In this document: in pieces, positions 46,744 to 54,618 of the stretch
How the letters are laid out: each line of letters opens with the position of its first letter
How positions within the stretch are numbered: position 1 is the first letter of the stretch
Assembly: GCA_005798555.1 (NCBI GenBank)
Contig: SYJA01000078.1
Span: forward strand, 25,191-89,190
DNA from: Actinomycetota bacterium
Lineage (GTDB): Bacteria; Actinomycetota; Actinomycetes; S36-B12
Reading direction: 5' to 3'
DNA: 64,000 nucleotides
The notes under the pieces: model-generated
What the model saw: only the letters and a program-made list of their open reading frames with translations
Databases searched by the model: none
Told to the model about the DNA's origin: nothing
Program-made: the position numbers and the translations under genes

Positions 46744-46936
46744 CGCAAGTAAGGCGGCTATTGCGGGTCAACCAGTTGAGCCCAGCCTTGCCCGGCGAGG
46801 ATTGAGTACGCGTTCTTCAGGTCACCCCCTCGACTTCGAGCTTGCCGGGGTACTTGACCAGCCACTAGCAGAATCAGTCGATCCGAAAGATGTTGCATCG
46901 ACCCCTTGCACCCAAGGCAGATTTCATTGCAACAAC

Positions 46937-47691
46937 TCACCAATCAACAGAAGCAGAGATGCCCATCCAGCCGGCGAGCAGCACCAGCAATATCGCGAAC
47001 CCCCGCTCCAGATAGCGCTGCGGGATCCTTGAATTGACGGTAGCGGCAAGCACCGATCCGATCACCCCGCCGACGATTACCAGCAGAGGGATATGCCATG
47101 GGATTTGCTGCCAGGAGTCGTACTTGAAGATAAGTGCGGTGGCACTGTTGAGCGCAATGACCATGAGCGAGGTGCCGGTCGCGATCGCAAACGGAAACCC
47201 GAATACGCGAACCAGGGCAGGCACGATCAGAAAACCACCACCGACGCCGAATAATCCGGTGAGCAGGCCGATCGCGGTTGCAACTACGGGCAATAGCCAG
47301 CGTTTGGGCTGGAATATTTCGGTGTCGGCCACCTTGCTGGACTTGCGCCACATTGCATAGGCGGCGCCCAGCATTACGATTGCGAAGCCGGTAATGATCA
47401 CTGACGCGGGGATAACGGTGGCTAGCCTGCGGCCCGCGAAAACGCCGATGATGCAAAAACCCCAAAACACAAGGGCCTGGCTGATGCGCACCTGGTGCAG
47501 CCGCAGGCGCGGCACCGCACCTGATGCGGCGGAGACGGTTACGACCGCGAGGGATGCGGTGGTGGCTTGCAAGGCACTGAAACCGAAGAGGTAGATAAAG
47601 GCCGGGACAGCGATAACCGCCCCCCAGCACCGATCAGCCCGAGAATGGCACCGATCGTCACCCCGACTAGTAGCGCTTCGATTACCGCCAA
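46937..47691 (-). pseudogene. TauE/SafE (DUF81) sulfite-exporter-family permease, frameshifted in a G6 homopolymer
   Basis: Frame A from TTG 47691 encodes LAVIEALLVGVTIGAILGLIGAGG. After the C6/G6 run at 47620-47625 the family-typical continuation AVIAVPAFIYLFGFSALQATT... is in the -1 frame (listed ORF 46937-47572). One extra G would restore a single ORF of about 250 aa. Confidence 0.6.
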
Positions 47692-47724
47692 CTTTGCAAC
47701 CCTTTTGCCTAGGTGGTGCCGCTG

Positions 47725-49152
47725 CTAGTCGGCGTACGTGGCACCGATGCGGTGCCCGTGTGGTGGCCTTTCGATTACCAGTCCGGCTCTTTCGGCATTC
47801 GGGAAGTCATCATCGACGTGGATAACCTCAACATCTGCGGCCTCAAGTAGTGACGCGCCAATCGACGCACGGAACCCACTACCGCAGTAGACCCAGACCG
47901 GGCCGCTGCCGGCATCATCGGCTGCCCAGACCTTTATCTCATCGACTCGCCCGCGAAGCTCGTGGAGCGGCACATGTTTCGCGCCGCTCACGTAACCGTC
48001 ATCGAACTCACTATTGCGGCGCAGATCCAACACTCGCAATTGCCCGGTGCTTTTCAGGGCTGCTGCCATCTCGATGTGCGTGACTCGCGGGTAGCTTGTG
48101 GTGGGTGTGCCCGAGCTGGTTAAGTCACTTGGTGACCCAACCGCATGGGCTACCGGGCGGTCGATGCCGATCCGCACCAACTCACGTTGCATTGTTGAGA
48201 TCTCGCTGATGTCGTCGCCAATTAGCGTGATTGGGGTACCCCAGTCGATCATCCAGCCGAGATAGGTAACGGCATTGCCGTAGACATCGAAGGACAAGGT
48301 GCCGCGGAGATGATCGGCGGCATATGCCTTGCGGTGGCGTAGATCAACAACCCACTCGCCGCGAGCGATGGCTGCGGCAATCTCTTGGGGGCTGGCTACC
48401 TGCGGCAGGGAGAGGTCAATTGGTCCGCCCCCGGCTTGGTTGGCTGGCCCCATATGCGCGTAATAGGTTGGGAAGATATCCAGGCCCGCAATAAGTTCCG
48501 ATACATAGGTTTCCTCGTCGACGCCAAACACCGGGTTGGTGCGCAGCTGCTCAGCAACGGTGGAAGAATTGCCCACGGTTGCGGTGGCACTGCAAAATGA
48601 GCCGAAGCCATGCGTTGGGTACACCTGGGCTGAATTAGTGACTTCACTGGCAATGCGCCGCATTGAGTTCCATTGGGCATGGGCAAGTGGTTCGGTCAAT
48701 GCGGCCCCGAGCAGATCAGTTCGGCCAACGCTGCCAAAGAGCAGCGAGCCACCCGTGAAGAGGGCCACGTCCGCACTTCCGGTATTCAGCGCGAATGAGA
48801 GGTGGTTGGGGGTATGCCCCGGGGTATGCAGCACTCGAATGAGCGCAACATCAGCAGGGATTTCGTCCTTATCACTAACTTGATTCGCGCTGAAGGCAAT
48901 ATCCATGCCTGACGGCACGACGTACTCAGCGCCCAGGGCCCGCGCCAACTCAAGGCCGCCACTTACGTAGTCGTTGTGGAAATGGGTTTCAAGGACGTGT
49001 GAGACCGACCACCCACGTTGATCGAGGATCCCTTCGACGCGGTCAATATCGCGTTGTGGGTCTATCACGATTGCCGAGGAGCCACGGCCGGCCACGTAAC
49101 TGCGATCGCCCAAGTTTGGGGTTTCCATTGAGACTACGTCGAGTGTACTCAC
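47725..49152 (-). CDS. MBL-fold persulfide-dioxygenase-like domain fused to two rhodanese domains
   Basis: HFHNDYVSG metallo-beta-lactamase motif. C-terminal rhodanese domain with active-site loop YCGSGFRAS. Confidence 0.8.
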   Translation of the reverse strand: MSTLDVVSMETPNLGDRSYVAGRGSSAIVIDPQRDIDRVEGILDQRGWSVSHVLETHFHNDYVSGGLELARALGAEYVVPSGMDIAFSANQVSDKDEIPADVALIRVLHTPGHTPNHLSFALNTGSADVALFTGGSLLFGSVGRTDLLGAALTEPLAHAQWNSMRRIASEVTNSAQVYPTHGFGSFCSATATVGNSSTVAEQLRTNPVFGVDEETYVSELIAGLDIFPTYYAHMGPANQAGGGPIDLSLPQVASPQEIAAAIARGEWVVDLRHRKAYAADHLRGTLSFDVYGNAVTYLGWMIDWGTPITLIGDDISEISTMQRELVRIGIDRPVAHAVGSPSDLTSSGTPTTSYPRVTHIEMAAALKSTGQLRVLDLRRNSEFDDGYVSGAKHVPLHELRGRVDEIKVWAADDAGSGPVWVYCGSGFRASIGASLLEAADVEVIHVDDDFPNAERAGLVIERPPHGHRIGATYAD

Positions 49153-49307
49153 CGGTCAACTATGGCCCTTTCCTAGCCTCTTACCCGGCTAATTCTGCAG
49201 ACTTCAGGCCTAAAGCTGTTCCGCTGCAATTTCGGTCCGGACAGCAGCCATATCCAGAGCAGGAATTGGGCCAGATTGCCCACCAACTTGGCTGTTCTGG
49301 GTAATAG

Positions 49308-49949
49308 TTGGCTATGCGCCGGACCGTGATAGCAGTTGCGGCCGCGATCTTGGTGCTAGTTGGCGTGGTGTTTTACCTGACCCGGGCGAGCGACACCGCT
49401 GAAGTCGCCGGGTCCTCGTCAGTCACCACGACTTTAGCGGCACCCTCAGTCTCGCCGACACCCGATCCTGCGGTGGCATTGGCCCGGTGGGCCGGTGGCG
49501 TTTGCGTGGCGCGCGATGGCGTTGGGGCGACGTTGATTGACTTTGGCAAGGATCTAACCTTCGACCCGGACTCGGAGGTCTCGGCCGCTGATCAATTCCA
49601 AGTTCAGCTAAATGCCCACCTTGACGAAATAAATGCGTCAATGGAGGAACTCGGTGCTGCGCTCGGGAAAGTCCCGGTTGATTATGCTGAACTATCGACG
49701 ATCCTCACCCAGGTTCAGGGCAGTGGTGATGAGTTGTTGAAGGCCCGCGACGAGACCGCGAAGTTCATTGCTGCTGCCCGTGAGGCAAACGACCCGATTA
49801 GCTTGGTAAGTGCCTTAGTGCAGGCTGGGATTTCAGCAAAGGTGACGTTTGACGCCGGCAAGGAATTCATCTCGGATCTAGATACAGCCACGGAGTCAAC
49901 TCGAGGTGAGATCGGCGATGCCTTCGCCGCCGCACCGCAGTGTCAGTGA
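49308..49949 (+). CDS. Hypothetical membrane-anchored protein
   Basis: N-terminal TM (VIAVAAAILVLVGVVFYL), a Ser/Thr/Pro linker, then a helical domain. No recognisable motif. An ATG at 49314 is an alternative start. Confidence 0.4.
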   Translation: MAMRRTVIAVAAAILVLVGVVFYLTRASDTAEVAGSSSVTTTLAAPSVSPTPDPAVALARWAGGVCVARDGVGATLIDFGKDLTFDPDSEVSAADQFQVQLNAHLDEINASMEELGAALGKVPVDYAELSTILTQVQGSGDELLKARDETAKFIAAAREANDPISLVSALVQAGISAKVTFDAGKEFISDLDTATESTRGEIGDAFAAAPQCQ

Positions 49950-50803
49950 CTCTTGTGCTTTCGCATCAGTGACTCCTGCACCACCGAGGCAACAAGTTTC
50001 CCGCTCCGGTCATAGAACAACCCGCGCGCCAGACCGTGGCCACTTCGCGCCACCGGGGTGTCCTGCGCGAACAGCAGCCACTGGCTGGTGTCGATCGGTG
50101 CATGAAACCACATGGCGTGGTCGATCGAGGCGAGTTGGAGCTCGTCGCGCATTTCGAGGTGGGGGCTAAGCGCGGTGCGCACCATCGTCAAGTCGGATAG
50201 ATAGGTAAGTGCACTGGCCTGAGCCAACGGGTCAATCGGGAGGGACTCGGTGATGCGCACCCATGACATGCGCTCATAGCGGCCATCACGCAGGAAAACA
50301 TGGTGTTCGTGGTCGACAATGCGCAGATCGATTAGGGCTTGATCCGGGTAGTTCACGCTAAGGGCGGCATCGGGATCAAGTGCCAAGAGCTGCGGATACG
50401 ACATCTCCGGCACGTCATCTGGCGCTGCCACCGCGGGTATCTCGAACTGGTGGTCCGGGCCGACGTCTGTGATGGCGAAGGAGGCTGTCATCAAGAAGAT
50501 CGTCTCGCCGTGCTGCACCGCCCGCACGATGCGGGTGGAGAAGGATCGGCCATCACGGGGCCGATCTACCAAGTAGATGATTGAGTCTTTGGTGCGCCCA
50601 GGGCGCAGAAAGTAGCCGTGGAGGGAATGCACCCGCCGGGCCTTATCGTCAACGGTCATCCCGGCGGCCATCAAAGCCTGCGCGGCAATTTGGCCGCCGT
50701 AGGCTCGAAGTGGCGCACCCGAGTGGCAGGTGCCCGAGAAAATATCCCGATCCACGGGCTCTAGGGTCAGCCGGTCGATGAAATGGCTGATACCTGCCGT
50801 CAT
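49943..50803 (-). CDS. tesB: Acyl-CoA thioesterase II
   Basis: 286 aa, double hot-dog architecture, YGGQIAAQAL and SLHGYFLRPG motifs. Confidence 0.8.
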   Translation of the reverse strand: MTAGISHFIDRLTLEPVDRDIFSGTCHSGAPLRAYGGQIAAQALMAAGMTVDDKARRVHSLHGYFLRPGRTKDSIIYLVDRPRDGRSFSTRIVRAVQHGETIFLMTASFAITDVGPDHQFEIPAVAAPDDVPEMSYPQLLALDPDAALSVNYPDQALIDLRIVDHEHHVFLRDGRYERMSWVRITESLPIDPLAQASALTYLSDLTMVRTALSPHLEMRDELQLASIDHAMWFHAPIDTSQWLLFAQDTPVARSGHGLARGLFYDRSGKLVASVVQESLMRKHKSH

Positions 50804-50846
50804 GGCACCCTCCGACTCTCTTCGCTGGGGTGAAGTAGCTGATCGA

Positions 50847-52574
50847 TCACCGGTTTAGTCCGGCAACCCCGTCACCGTCGGTGACGGCCAAGCCGAGCAA
50901 CAGCAGATTATTGCAGGCATCGCCGATGAGATCACCCGAATGCTCGGCGCTACCCAATTGCTCACCCGCTTGGCTGCGGTTCTTAATCGACTCAAGTATT
51001 GCCGCTAGCTTGAAACACGAAAGCGCCAGGCAGAAGTCTAGGTAACTGGTGTCAGCATCGGTGATGGCGCAATAAGCGGTAAGGAACTCGGCCCGGGTGT
51101 AGTACCCCGGCGAGGAAGTCACCTCGAGGGCGATCGGGACGGTGTTGCGGAGGTTGTCGTCACCCTCGGTCATATAAAGCAGCGTCAAAGCGACATCGAG
51201 CAGTGGATCGCCAAGGGTTGACATCTCCCAGTCCAAAACTGCCTTTATCTCCATGGTGATTGGGTCGATGATGGCGTTGTCGAGGCGGTAATCACCATGT
51301 ACGATAGAAGCCTTCGTCTGCTCCGGCACAGTAGTTACCGCCCGCTGCAGCCAATCGATTAGTAGATCGGCATTGGGGTAGTCAATCTTCTTCGTCAACT
51401 CCCACTGCTTTATCCACCGGCTCAGCTGCCGGGGCAGGTAGCCGGCGGGCTTACCCAAATCCGCCAGCCCGGCGGCCCTTGGATCTATGTCGTGCAAATT
51501 GGCCAAGCACTGCACGAAGTTCTGCGAGGCCATCCGCGCCGAGATCGGATCAAGGCTGCTTGCGCTCACCGCGTCGGCAATCACCAAGCCGTCGACAAAC
51601 TCCATCAGGACAAAGGGCGCTCCGATTACTTCCGTGTCCACGCACAGGGCGATCGGCCTTGGTACCGGAAACCCAACCGCTGACAGTCCGGTCAGCACCT
51701 TGAACTCCCGACCCATGTCGTGGGCGGTCGGCAGGATGTGACCAAGTGGTGGCCGCCGCAGTACGAGTGGGCCCAGATCACCGCCGGCTAGCCGGTAGCT
51801 GACATTAGACCGGCCCCCGGGCAGCAAGGTCGGGTCGAGTTCGACGATATTGCCACCGAGCTGGGTGTTCAAGTAGGTCGTGAGCGGCGCCAACCGCAGC
51901 CCGCGCGGGTCTTCGGCGGCTTTCAGCGGTTCGGCACCCTTGGTGATCAACTCGGTTAGCAGTACCTCAACACCGGGCGTGTATTGAACAGCCTGCATCC
52001 CGGCCTCCGTTGCAGCGACCACATTGCGGCGCATGTCGTCAACGAAAACACAATCCTCGGCATCAACGCCAAGGGCCCCGATGATCGCCTCGTACGCAAC
52101 GAGGTCGGGTTTGCGAACACCGGCCAGGTCAGAGAGCACTACCGCATCGAACTGCGCGAGTAAGTCGGCGGCATAGTGATCGCCATCCCAGGCATTTGAC
52201 AACACGGCTGTCTTCCAGCCGTATTTGCGGGCAAGTTCAACAACCTCCAGCATCGCATTGTTTGGCTCTAGGTGTTCGAACATCTTGGCCAGCAGACCAT
52301 CGGCCGAAACCGGTTGGCCGGCCAAGGTGACCAGGTGGGGAGCAAGTGCCTGCTCCAACTCGTTGACCGTGATCTCGCCCCGCTCACGGCGGTGCAGTGG
52401 GCTATCGGCCGTGTCGTGGAATTCGCGCATCACGCGCATGAATGATTCGGGTTCGACGTGGGCCGCCGCCAGCCAACTGTCGAAAGCGCCCTGGACGGGT
52501 GTGGTCAGCACCCCGCCCCAATCAAGCACCAGGACCGGGTTGGTGGGGCGGTGCAACTGCGTCTGGGGCGCCAT
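50847..52574 (-). CDS. Fusion protein: N-terminal HAD-like hydrolase + C-terminal APH/choline-kinase-fold phosphotransferase
   Basis: HAD motif I variant VLVLDWGGVLT and motif IV-like FVDDMRRN. Kinase Brenner motif HGDYRLDN and DWE. Confidence 0.75.
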   Translation of the reverse strand: MAPQTQLHRPTNPVLVLDWGGVLTTPVQGAFDSWLAAAHVEPESFMRVMREFHDTADSPLHRRERGEITVNELEQALAPHLVTLAGQPVSADGLLAKMFEHLEPNNAMLEVVELARKYGWKTAVLSNAWDGDHYAADLLAQFDAVVLSDLAGVRKPDLVAYEAIIGALGVDAEDCVFVDDMRRNVVAATEAGMQAVQYTPGVEVLLTELITKGAEPLKAAEDPRGLRLAPLTTYLNTQLGGNIVELDPTLLPGGRSNVSYRLAGGDLGPLVLRRPPLGHILPTAHDMGREFKVLTGLSAVGFPVPRPIALCVDTEVIGAPFVLMEFVDGLVIADAVSASSLDPISARMASQNFVQCLANLHDIDPRAAGLADLGKPAGYLPRQLSRWIKQWELTKKIDYPNADLLIDWLQRAVTTVPEQTKASIVHGDYRLDNAIIDPITMEIKAVLDWEMSTLGDPLLDVALTLLYMTEGDDNLRNTVPIALEVTSSPGYYTRAEFLTAYCAITDADTSYLDFCLALSCFKLAAILESIKNRSQAGEQLGSAEHSGDLIGDACNNLLLLGLAVTDGDGVAGLNR

Positions 52575-52619
52575 TGGGCCAAGACTATTTCATCATTAAC
52601 CAGCCTTACCTAGTGGCGG

Positions 52620-53069
52620 CTAGTCCTCCTCGCCAGTGTCTTCGTTCCAGAGCCTCGGATTCGCCTCGATCCAATCCCGGACCATGGTTTTGGTTTCGGC
52701 GTCGTCGAGCACGACAAGCTCCACCCCGTGGCTGCGAAGCAGCTCCTCGCTTGCCTGAAAGTTTGAGTTCTCACCGATGACTACCCGCGGAATCTTGTAG
52801 AGCAATATGGTGCCTGCGCACATAAAGCAGGGCGACAAAGTGGTGAAGATCGTGGAGCGGGCATACACACTCGCCGGTTGGCGTCCGGCATTTTCTATGC
52901 AATTGGTTTCGCCGTGATGGATCGAGCTCCCGAGTTGCACGCGCTGATTGCGCCCGACCGCCAGCAATCCGCCATCGACCATAAGGCTGGCCCCGATCGG
53001 GATGCCGCCCTCGGCCATGCCCTCCCGGGCTGATGCGAGGGCTGCGGCGTAGGCGGTTGTGTCGTCCAT
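52620..53069 (-). CDS. CMP/dCMP-type zinc deaminase (cytosine/nucleoside deaminase-like)
   Basis: HGETNCIE (H-x-E) and PCFMCAG (PCxxC) zinc motifs. 149 aa. Confidence 0.8.
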   Translation of the reverse strand: MDDTTAYAAALASAREGMAEGGIPIGASLMVDGGLLAVGRNQRVQLGSSIHHGETNCIENAGRQPASVYARSTIFTTLSPCFMCAGTILLYKIPRVVIGENSNFQASEELLRSHGVELVVLDDAETKTMVRDWIEANPRLWNEDTGEED

Positions 53070-53205
53070 CTTGCCCCAAAAGGTTGGTTACCAAAGTTCA
53101 GGAGTAACTGTTGCACCGCCGGCCGAGGCCTGTCACCCCCTTTGAGAGCAGGTGCTGCCACCCGCAGGCAAAGGACATCCGTGTAACTGTCTGACCCCTG
53201 CGCTT

Positions 53206-53236
53206 TGCTCAACTTGGGACGCAAGCACGTTGAGCA
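53206..53236. promoter_or_regulatory. Inverted repeat TGCTCAAC-N15-GTTGAGCA upstream of the DUF1778 gene (candidate autoregulatory operator)
   Basis: 8-bp perfect arms at 53206-53213 and 53229-53236, ending 10 nt before the GTG at 53247. Confidence 0.35.
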
Positions 53237-53246
53237 GGGGGTAGCG

Positions 53247-53420
53247 GTGAAGGATCTTCGAACGGCGCGGCTGCATATCAGGCTGACCCCGGGCGAGCAG
53301 ACCTTGATCAGATGGGCGGCGCGGGAGCAACAGGTGCCGGTGACCACATTCGTATTGGGCGCGGCAATTGCGCGGGGGCAACAACTGGCCAACGCCGCCA
53401 GCGCCCGACCGGTCGATTAG
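53247..53420 (+). CDS. DUF1778 (TacA-like ribbon-helix-helix) antitoxin-family protein, no cognate toxin gene
   Basis: RLHIRLTPGEQTLIRWAAREQQVPVTTFVLGAAIARGQ matches the R.N.R....K.LIE.AA...G.S...F pattern of DUF1778. The GTG at 53247 is preceded by AGGGGG. The listed TTG at 53205 is an alternative start. Confidence 0.6.
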   Translation: MKDLRTARLHIRLTPGEQTLIRWAAREQQVPVTTFVLGAAIARGQQLANAASARPVD

Positions 53421-53483
53421 GTGGATTAATCCGGAGCGTGGCGGGCTGACCGGCCGGTTGGGCCGCGGCATACTGAAGGGGTG

Positions 53484-53606
53484 ATGGGTGACCCGGGCCC
53501 GTGCCCGGCCTGCGAGACCGTAGCCCTTGAGCGTCGCGGCGGTAAGGATATGTGCCCTCAGTGCTATTACATCCAGCCCTGCTGCGATGGTGGAATGTGC
53601 AACTAG
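53484..53606 (+). CDS. Possible 40-aa zinc-ribbon / Cys-rich micro-protein
   Basis: The ATG at 53484 is preceded by GAAGGGG. It encodes MGDPGPCPACETVALERRGGKDMCPQCYYIQPCCDGGMCN, with CPxC-x13-CPxC plus three further Cys. Third-position GC is 29/40 by my count, similar to neighbouring genes. It overlaps the low-GC3 5' extension of the listed PPTase ORF. Confidence 0.3.
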   Translation: MGDPGPCPACETVALERRGGKDMCPQCYYIQPCCDGGMCN

Positions 53607-53647
53607 GGCAGTTCGCCAGCCAGGCTTGGGATATTGGCCCGGCCGAG

Positions 53648-54337
53648 GTGCTCGTTCGTCGCATTGAAGTCTCCGAGATCGCGCCAGGGAGCGCTTTGGC
53701 GAGTGCACACTTGATGGGTGCGGCGCTGACAAGTGTTGAGCAAGTGACCTGGCAGTCACTTAACCCAGGTTCGAGTCGGCAACATGAGTGGTTACTTGGG
53801 CGTATGGCGCTCAAGGATGTGGTGCGGGCCTGGGCGAGTGAACGCGGCCAGCAACTTGAATCGGGTGATATTGAGATTCACATCGATGACGAAGGAGCGC
53901 CGTTTGCTCGGTGCGCAGCGCTAGCTGCCGTTGGTGGTTCACCGGTGATTTCCCTGACCCATAACTCTGGGGTGGTGGTAGCGGCGGCCGCTGATCCGGG
54001 GGCCTTAGTTGGTATTGACATCGAATATGCCGACCGGCGAATAGATATGGTGGCGCGGGCTTTGTCCAAGACTGAGCAGGCATTCGTCGATGCCAAGGTG
54101 GCGTCGGTACTTGACATCCTGGTTGCCAAGGAGGCGGCGACGAAAGCCCTCGGGGTGGGCCTCGGGGGCGGGGTATCGCGCTGGCCGGCGGTTTCAGTTG
54201 CCTCGTTGCCGCAGGGCCTAGTGGTGGAAGTGACCTCGACAACGGATCTGGGCCTGATGCTGCCCGTGCTGGTGTTGCATCCCTTGGATACGGTGCTTGG
54301 TATCTGCTACGTGGCGCCCGACGTTGATGCGGCGTAG
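53648..54337 (+). CDS. Sfp-type 4'-phosphopantetheinyl transferase
   Basis: EWLLGRMALKDVV, GIDIE and AKEAATKALG motifs. The start is uncertain (listed GTG 53552, GTG 53648 or ATG 53714). Confidence 0.7.
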   Translation: MLVRRIEVSEIAPGSALASAHLMGAALTSVEQVTWQSLNPGSSRQHEWLLGRMALKDVVRAWASERGQQLESGDIEIHIDDEGAPFARCAALAAVGGSPVISLTHNSGVVVAAAADPGALVGIDIEYADRRIDMVARALSKTEQAFVDAKVASVLDILVAKEAATKALGVGLGGGVSRWPAVSVASLPQGLVVEVTSTTDLGLMLPVLVLHPLDTVLGICYVAPDVDAA

Positions 54338-54341
54338 AACT

Positions 54342-54611
54342 ATGTCTGCGGATGAACTGGCGGCGTTGAAGGCGCGGTGGAATGACGTCCTGTTCTATCT
54401 GGAATCTCAAAGCCGGGTAGCTTGGCTGCTCTACTTCGACGCGCGGTTGGTGTCACTTGAGGCTGATGTATTAACTATCGACTTCTCCGATCCGCAACGC
54501 TTTGACCAGAGCCAGACTTACCCGATCAGCACCGATGCGCGCCATAGCGATGCGCTATTAGCCGCCGTCACCGCGGTTACCGGTCAAGTGATCACCCTTC
54601 GGATTGCCTAA
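54342..54611 (+). CDS. Small hypothetical protein resembling the C-terminal region of actinobacterial DnaX
   Basis: 89 aa from ATG 54342. The W..VL..L...SRVAWLL......V.L..D.LTI.F pattern resembles that region. The start lies 5 nt after the PPTase stop. The similarity is from memory and weak. Confidence 0.35.
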   Translation: MSADELAALKARWNDVLFYLESQSRVAWLLYFDARLVSLEADVLTIDFSDPQRFDQSQTYPISTDARHSDALLAAVTAVTGQVITLRIA

Positions 54612-54618
54612 GCCAGTA

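Noticed and set aside
46758-46943. 61-aa minus-strand ORF with a Cys-rich N-terminus (CCNEICLGCKG) and an SDRLILLV segment faintly resembling the SDRLALCVGW core of the 55-aa family
   Set aside because: Similarity is limited to about 6 residues, and none of the W.RPG, IG or NDE features is present in any frame. Third-position GC is only about 54%. It lies in a convergent terminator-type spacer between ychF and tauE, so it is probably non-coding.
46944-47630. 228-aa ORF overlapping tauE in a third frame
   Set aside because: It is Arg/His/Gly-rich with no TM helices, whereas the other two frames together reconstruct a canonical TauE/SafE sequence.
53133-54410. Long minus-strand ORFs (208, 168 and 199 aa) covering the DUF1778 / PPTase region
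   Set aside because: They are extremely Arg/Pro/Ala/Ser-rich with no motifs. They lie antisense to ORFs with clear family signatures (DUF1778 RHH; the PPTase GIDIE and KEA..KA motifs). This is the typical open antisense frame of high-GC DNA.
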